64,000 nt of DNA, taken from the NCBI RefSeq assembly GCF_000315625.1, contig NW_005434655.1, positions 742,807 to 806,806 on the forward strand, in the 5' to 3' direction. The notes under the pieces were generated by a model, which saw only the letters and a list, made by a program, of their open reading frames with translations, was not told the DNA's origin and made no database searches. This DNA is from Guillardia theta CCMP2712 (Eukaryota; Protista; Cryptophyta). A program made the translations under genes and the position numbers. Shown here one piece after another: positions 56,601-64,000 of this stretch (within the stretch, counting starts at the first letter, position 1; each line of letters opens with the position of its first letter).

Positions 56601-57886
56601 CCAGCCCCCGTGAGGGTACGTCTTGCTTTGTGAAGATCTCGATTTTCATAATGTTCAAGGGCAATATCAAGCTTCCTGCGCTCAAGACTACGCCCGTTGG
56701 CCGCCGATTCCCTCGGAGCCGGAAGCGGCGCCTGTGAGGATCTCCCTCCACCACTCTTGACCCGATGACAGATCTCAGCGTTTCCACGATTGATGGAGAG
56801 GCGAGGGCCCGGTGAGAGGAGCAATAGCGGGAGGGCATCCCAGAGAAGCCGAAGCTGCCCTGCTGCCGCGGGAGAAGAGAGACCAGGCGCCAGCTGAAGC
56901 ATGCGGAGGGTAGCCTGAGCTGCAACTTTCCATGCTTGTACTCCTTCCTTGTTCAAACGCTTGACTGTAAAAATGGCTGGACTCCGACCGAGGAGTTGAA
57001 GAAGAACATGCTCTGAGTGCTCAAACCACCACTTAACTCCGGCCTCCCATCTGACAGTGCCAACGGGAAAGTCTGCTGCCTGTAAAGACGCAAGCCATTC
57101 CTGGGAAGATGCCGGGGAAGCCGAACGCAACAACCCGTGGCCTGTCGACGGCGGCGGGGGGACGGCCCTGGCGTTAGAAGAGCTGGGCGGCGCCCGCCTT
57201 GCCGACGGCAAACTGCCGGATGGAGGAGCTGTGTGCAAAGAGGCAGTGCTGATACACGTCTGTCTGAAATTTCGATGGGAACGGCCAGTCCCTACACGCC
57301 CTCGACCATTGCCGCCCCGGCGGCCTCCACCACTGTGACCACCAGAGGGTGATACAATCTCTGAACTAACAGGAGAGCCTCCACTGCTGCTCGCCGTTGC
57401 CGTGCCGCCAGTGCAGGCTGACTCGGAGGTCCCCACTATCCGCAGAGGGCGACCACGGATGTTGGTGCGACGTGTAGCTGAGCGAGTACCATAGGTGTGC
57501 GGCCGCCGAAAAGCTGTACGAAGCTCTTCAGCACTTGGCTCATCAGACAGCGGAGGAGTAGGTGGGGCCTCTGGCTCCGAGGGTCGGGCAGATGGGAGGT
57601 CCAAGGTAGCACCAGAACCTGTAGGAGATGAAGCTAAATTCGTACCAGTGTTGCCAACGGAAAGATGATCGTGATTTCGATGAAGAGGGCCCTTCTGATA
57701 CCACAGGGTCTCGTTGGAAAGCCTCCCAGAATGACTGCAAAGCAAGCTGAATCGTGCTGCTGAACCTTCCCCCCCCTGCTCCCCCTGCTCCAGTGGCAGG
57801 TGCCTCCTCCATTTTAAAATATCCAACACGCCATTCCCTCAATCCCAAGGTTGGGGTGATATACACCTTGACCAGCCGCCGAGTAA
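53625..57886 (-). mobile_element. CRE-clade-like non-LTR retrotransposon (RT + zinc finger + restriction-like endonuclease), single long ORF
   Basis: RPIIIG..RRL, DCKNAFNSLSR, GVHQGDP, YADNI, CDRC...HLANC and GDLW...VLDFTMTHP; limits defined by comparison with the empty site at ~35222. Confidence 0.85.
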
Positions 57887-57989
57887 AGTTGACTGTGAAG
57901 GCTGTTTGAGGAAACGGGCCCCGAAACTAGACTGATACCGGTCCCAAGCTTTTTCAAATCAAGTCTCATAATATGCCCTTAAATTTCAA

Positions 57990-60690
57990 ATGTGGGACAA
58001 CAAGCTTCCCTCTCTCTTGGAGTTGAAAAATAATTCTCTCACTTCAGCTGCAATGACGAAACGCGGCAGGCAAGATGGGGGCGACGATGAGCAGTCCGCC
58101 CGTAACAGCAAGAGAGTACAAGGGAACAAGCAGGAGGAGCTCCGAAAGAAGGAGGAGAAGATCCGAAAAGAGAAGGAGGAGGAGCTCCGAAAGAAGGAAG
58201 AGGAGCTTCGAAAAGAGAAGGAGGAGGAGCTCCGAAAGAAGGAAGAGGAACTTCGACAAGAGAAGGAGGAGCTCCGAAAGAAGGAGGAGAAGATCCGAAA
58301 TGATAAGACTGAGGCCATGCGGAAACTTCATCTCGAAGGCGAAATCAAGGAGTACTGGCAGGATGTTCTGAAGGACCTTGCAGACCAGGAGAAGAAACTA
58401 GAGAAGGAGAAGGAGGAGCTCCGAAAGGAGGAGCTCCGAAAGAAGGAGGAGAAGATCCGAAATGATAAGACTGAGGCCATGCGGAAACTTCATCTCGAAG
58501 GCGAAATCAAGGAGTACTGGCAGGATGTTCTGAAGGACCTTGCAGACCAGGAGAAGAAACTAGAGAAGGAGAAGGAGGAGCTCCGAAAGAAGGAGAAGGA
58601 GCTCCGAAAGAAGGAGGAGAAGATCCGAAATGATAAGACTGAGGCCATGCGGAAACTTCATCTCGAAGGCGAAATCAAGGAGTACTGGCAGGATGTTCTG
58701 AAGGACCTTGCAGACCAGGAGAAGAAACTAGAGAAGGAGAAGGAGAAGGAGGAGCTCCGAAAGGAGGAGCTCCGAAAGAAGGAGAAGGAGCTCCGAAAGA
58801 AGGAGGAGAATATCCGAAATGATAAGACTGAGGCCATGCGGAAACTTCATCTCGAAGGCGAAATCAAGGAGTACTGGCAGGATGTTCTGAAGGACCTTGC
58901 AGACCAGGAGAAGAAACTAGAGAAGGAGAAGGAGGAGCTCCGAAAGGAGGAGGAGCTCCGAAAGGAGGAGCTCCGAAAGAAGGAGGAGAATATCCGAAAT
59001 GATAAGACTGAGGCCATGCGGAAACTTCATCTCGAAGGCGAAATCAAGGAGTACTGGCAGGATGTTCTGAAGGACCTTGCAGACCAGGAGAAGAAACTAG
59101 AGAAGGAGAAGGAGGAGCTCCGAAAGGATTGGAAAGGTCTCCGAGAGAGAGAGACCCACATCTCTTGGAAGGAGATAACTCGGAATCGTGACGCGGTGGG
59201 GTATATGGAGGAGGGAAATTTTTTTTGTCTCGATGGGTCGTTTTGGGATCAGCACAGCTCTGGACAAGGAAGGCAGCGGGTGCTCTACTGCAGGAAATGC
59301 TTCAATGAGCAGTGGGAGTTCATTAAGGACAGAGTGTGTAAGGACGGGAGTCTGGGTTGGATCTTAGGGCCTCCAGGGACGGGGAAGTCGTCGACGACCA
59401 TGTCCTTTATACAATCGCTGAGCATGGAGGAGGGATGGATGGTGATGTGTGTGCGGCTGTGGAAGTGGAGTTCAATTCAAGTGCTCCAAGTTGATGATGG
59501 AGTTTTGAGAATCGCTGATTTGCCACGCAATGGTGCAGAAGAGATGCTGAGATGGGTCCTAAGAGAATGGTCTCAGGGCAAGAAGAAGTATCTTGTGTCC
59601 TTGGACGGTTACCAACAGGATGTACATGATCTGGCGCTCAGTGAATGCATGTGGTGGCTTCACAAGGACCGGGAAAACCGGCGGGTTGTCATCACGACGT
59701 CGATGAGTTCTCGAGAAAAGAAAAAAATTGAGCTCGATAGAATGGAGAAGGTAGAGGAGTTGATGGTGTACTCGTGGGCACTGGAGGAGTACCAGGAGCG
59801 AAATGTTCTACAAGAGTGTGGCCGGTGTAATGAAATGGAGCTTGGATGCGGAAGAAAGCTCGGAGGAGACAAGGTCGAGAGATGTCGAGTCAAAGTATCA
59901 GATTGTTGGAGGCTCATGCCGCCATATGTTCGAATGTACGACAGATCAAGCTATCCAAGATCTCTGTGCAGCGATGGACTCTGTCTATAATTTCACGACG
60001 CTCTTTGAAATGAACGTGGGCGACCTTTCAAAGCAGTTTGTCAATCGGCTGCATGGGAAGTATCGAATCGGAAACCAGGTGTACTGGACTTTTATCAGTA
60101 GGTTTGTTGCCAGGGAGCTAGCAGAGAAGCTCGGAGAATCGTTTGTGAGGAAGATTGAGCAGCTCCCTGGCATGACTGAGAATCCGTCTCTTCGGGGGAT
60201 TTTGTTTGAGATGCTGTTCTTTGCTCGGATAGGACGAGATCCAGGGCTGCAGGTCAACCTCAGGTCAGAGAATCAAGCCGAGTCCGAGCAGCACGACGAC
60301 TGGCAAAGGTGTAGCGTAATACCTCTTGAAGCAAGCGAAGTCCAGAAGGCTCTGAAGCAAGGAGAAGCAAGGTTGTGCCTGAAGCCGTTGAAATGGAATC
60401 AGGGGGGCTATGATGCAGTGATTTTGGACTCGAATGACAAGTTGGTGCGCTTCATACAGGTAACCATTGCGGAGACCCATGACCTTAAATTGCGGTTCAT
60501 GTATGAGTGTCTGCAATCTTTGGGCATTGAGCAAGGGGGGACCTGGAAGGTTGAGATTGTGTTTGTCGTTCCAAAGGAGAATCTCTACAAGTTCAGAATG
60601 AAACGTGTGGAAGACGAATTTATACTTAAACAGTACAGGTGGACACGCGACTCTCAAGTAGTTGCAATGAACTCCAGACCGCAAGGATAG
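57990..60690 (+). pseudogene. CRN-like: Crinkler/RHS-like gene, copy 6 (five repeats; 11-bp deletion frameshift at ~59798)
   Basis: ORFs 57990-59990 and 59803-60690 together cover the protein; GCCATAAAGTA is missing relative to other copies. Confidence 0.8.
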
Positions 60691-62491
60691 AGCCGACGTC
60701 GTGGAGTGTGGCTGCTTAACAAAGCCACAAGCACATGAATGTACAGAATGACATGGCGATGAGCATTGGCATGTAAGACGAATCTAACCAGCAAGGATGT
60801 GATGATTTGGCTTTATTGAAGCTACCCTGAGAATGAAGCAGTTGCACGCTATCACATGCATAGTTCCATGCTAGAGTAAGTGACGTGCAAGTTCCTCATT
60901 TCATGGAATGAATGTCACCAACAGAGAGAGAGTCACATACATCTGCATACAATGTGCAAGCATCATTGGTGACGCCACTTTCTTTTGGCTTTCACCTGAT
61001 TCAAATCCATCGCAAACATAGAAAAGCAACAGCAAGTATCTTCAAATCTGCTTCACTTTCATCCCAGGTAGCATTCTGGTACCAGGATGCTAGGGTGGCA
61101 ACGCAACAAGGAGGATCGCATTTCCTTCAAGTATTCGAAGGTTGCTTCTCTCAACGCACTCTGATCCATTTTCCTCATGTTTTCCTTCTCAAAGTGTGAA
61201 AATCGCTTATATAACTAAGATACATCATCATCGAGGCGTCTCAGTGCAAAAACAAGAAGGCAAGCCACATGCTTGTTGGGATAATGTAACCATGCAAATT
61301 TGAATCCTTGCCGCTCAAAACAATATTTGATGCATATTTACACCATCACAAGATCAAGAAAGCAAACATCATCATTAATATACAGTTAAAACTATTCTCA
61401 CCATGCTTCAAAGCTTCTTTGTATTCACAAGCAACTCAACGAACTCAGATTCAAATCTTGTCTTTCCTCTTGGAATCCAAGAATGGGTCTCAACCATTAT
61501 GGATAGGTTCAAAGAGAAGTTTTCTATTCATCCACATGACAGTACACATAGATTCGAAGTCTCTCACCATTCAAATTGGTTGTCGCGCGCGAGCAAGGGA
61601 TCGGTTCGCCATCTCTTGCTTGGTCGAGGGAGGGGGGATTTGGGGAAAGTGAAGGAAAGGGGTGACCCCTACCCCCTTTTTCTATACTTCAAACTTGGAG
61701 AGCAGGGGGTGGAGGTGTCTTGTTTCCAATCACCTACCCTCGCATTCTCAAGAGAACCTGGGGTTAAAATGGGGGTACTCATGCGTGTAAATTCAAACCA
61801 GCCGTTTCTTGGGTGCAGGGGGGTGGAACACAGTTCACCATCACCCTGAAATCGCCTTAAAAGCGTATAGTAGAACTGTACGAGGAGCTCGAGATCCGGT
61901 ACTAATAGGCTCCAAGAACAGCCTCAATTTGCCTTGTCTACCCCCTCACAACCACAAACGGGGTAGTGCTACCCTACCCGACATTTGATAGGGGAAAGGA
62001 GGGTAGTCTTAAGCAGATATGGGTGCTTCTGGACCCCAGACGGCAAGCTATGCCCCCCTCAGGACTAATTGGATCTGGCCCACTGGGCCAGCCTTTGTAC
62101 CAGAAGCATTATTGAGTAATTCAAGATCATGACGTAATGACGAGACGCTTGTGATGATCGGTGGCATCAAGTAAGATCAAGACGTCAGTGTGAAGGAACT
62201 ACCTCACGCCCGCTGATCCTTGTCGGCTTACATGCCATCGTTCCTTCTCTGAGAATCGGCAGGGAACACGAATCATCACCAGGATCGCGTCCTTCAAAAG
62301 GCGCCGGGCCCGCCACGCACCTGTGGAAGGAGGAGAGATGAGGGTTAGTGACGTGCGTAAGGCTGTGGAGATGAGGTAGTGTCAGAGTTGGTATCGGGGA
62401 TGTATTTATTCAAGGCACTCTATCACATGATGCAAGGGAGGCTTCTGGGGGCCGCGACTCCCCTCTTTCTTCCCTCATCGATCTGTCGGCT

Positions 62492-62938
62492 CTATCCTTG
62501 CGGTCTGGAGTTCATTGCAACTACTTGAGAGTCGCGTGTCCACCCGTACTGTTTAAGTATAAATTCGTCTTCCACACGTTTCATTCTGAACTTGTAGAGA
62601 TTCTCCTTTGGAACGACAAACACAATCTCAACCTTCCAGGTCCCCCCTTGCTCAATGCCCAAAGATTGCAGACACTCATACATGAACCGCAATTTAAGGT
62701 CATGGGTCTCCGCAATGGTTACCTGTATGAAGCGCACCAACTTGTCATTCGAGTCCAAAATCACTGCATCATAGCCCCCCTGATTCCATTTCAACGGCTT
62801 CAGGCACAACCTTGCTTCTCCTTGCTTCAGAGCCTTCTGGACTTCGCTTGCTTCAAGAGGTATTACGCTACACCGGAAGTTCAAAGTTTGCCAGTCGTCG
62901 TGCTGCTCGGACCGGCGGCTTGATTCTCTGACCTGAGG
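62492..62938 (-). pseudogene. CRN-like: Crinkler/RHS-like gene, copy 7, C-terminal fragment with 3' flank
   Basis: REase-like C-terminus identical to other copies, cut at ~62938. Confidence 0.8.
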
Positions 62939-62944
62939 CCCAGT

Positions 62945-64000
62945 GTTTGATCTTTCCCTGGCATGCGGACTGGAACACGCTTCAGCCTCCTCCACCTGAG
63001 GATATGATGCCCTGGGCCATGGCGACCGTCTCCTCGCCTGTTTCTACCAGTTCGTTGGTCTCTCAGGTCGCCTCGTCGGACTCGCCGCTCGCAGCTCAGG
63101 CCTTGCAGGAGCTACTCGAGGATTTTTCCGATGTTCTGGTCGACGAACTACCAATCCAGCCACCTGTCTCGCGGGGGCAGTATGCCACCGACGTTGCGCT
63201 CCAGGAGGAGCTCGCTAAAATGATCGACTTCTTGTTGGCACGTGGCATCGAATGATTGAACGGAATAAAGGTCTTTCCTCTGAAGGAGTCCCTCAATTTC
63301 GTTTTTGTATTGATTATCGAGGAGTCAACAATCACCTTCTCGACGACAGTTTTCCGCCTCCCGTCCCTACCGAGCTCATGGAACGGATCGGGCGGGTGCT
63401 CTCGCAGCGTACTGAGTCCAGTACGGATACCCTATACTTCAGCAAGCTAGACATGGCTTCTGGGTTCTGGCAGCTAGCTCTCACTCCTGACAGCTCTCAA
63501 CTTGCCAATACACTGGGTTTGTTACTGAACAAGGATCCTACCGTACCAATTCCGCGCTCTGCCCTTTGGTCTGAAAACGGCCACAGCTGCCTTCCAGAAG
63601 TTCTCACAGGGCATCCTCGCAGGTATGGCCAACGTTTTAGTCTACGTCGATGATGTCTTACTCTTTTCCATGGGTAATCCTCGTTCACACCTACAGCAGG
63701 TGCGTCTCCTACTGGAGCGCCTCCGCCACCACCAGGTCTTCGTTAAACGGAGCAAGTGTGTGTTTCTTCAGACGCAGATCAGTTTTCTCGGATACACTTT
63801 GAATGCGCGTGGGATTGCACCCGAAGCTAGCAAAGTCACGTGCTGCCATCGAAGATTTTCCGAGTCCGCCTCCTGCATACTTGTACTACGCCTTGCACAT
63901 GATGATGCCGGCCATGTTGGTTCTGACAAGACCTACCTCTCACTTGTTGCCCGGCCGGTTGAAAGTCTACTGGAATAACATGAAGCGTGACGTCGAAAAT
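62945..64000 (+). mobile_element. Degenerate Ty3/Gypsy pol remnant
   Basis: FRFCIDYRGVN, FSKLDMASGFWQ, (L)PFGLK and YVDDVLLFS, then K..KC.F and integrase-zinc-like AHD..GH.G; many frameshifts and deletions. Confidence 0.85.

Overview
Eukaryotic nuclear DNA with short GT-AG introns and many N gaps; the style suggests a protist or alga, but the organism cannot be identified from the sequence alone. Positions 1-9.4 kb hold three intron-containing host genes: a secreted repeat-domain protein, a PDZ-like protein and a coiled-coil protein. Positions 9.6-34 kb are a nest of mobile DNA. The main finding there is a recurrent, intronless, tail-to-tail two-gene module: a RAG1/Transib/Chapaev-type DDE transposase with intact D-D-E and C2H2 zinc motifs, facing a conserved ~380-aa partner with a BAH-like N-terminus. 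It occurs as two intact but highly diverged copies (10871-14711 and 27034-30692) plus one decayed copy (~18860-20096). Two of the three lie inside a 14.6-kb segment bounded by perfect 29-bp terminal inverted repeats and an ACT duplication; this segment also carries piggyBac-like and Copia remnants. Positions 35-63 kb are a mostly alternating-orientation array of seven near-identical Crinkler/RHS-like P-loop NTPase + restriction-endonuclease-fold genes or fragments with variable N-terminal repeat number. A CRE-type non-LTR retrotransposon interrupts this array (its empty site is visible in a sister copy), and the window ends in a Gypsy remnant. All family assignments come from motif recognition by eye; no searches were run.
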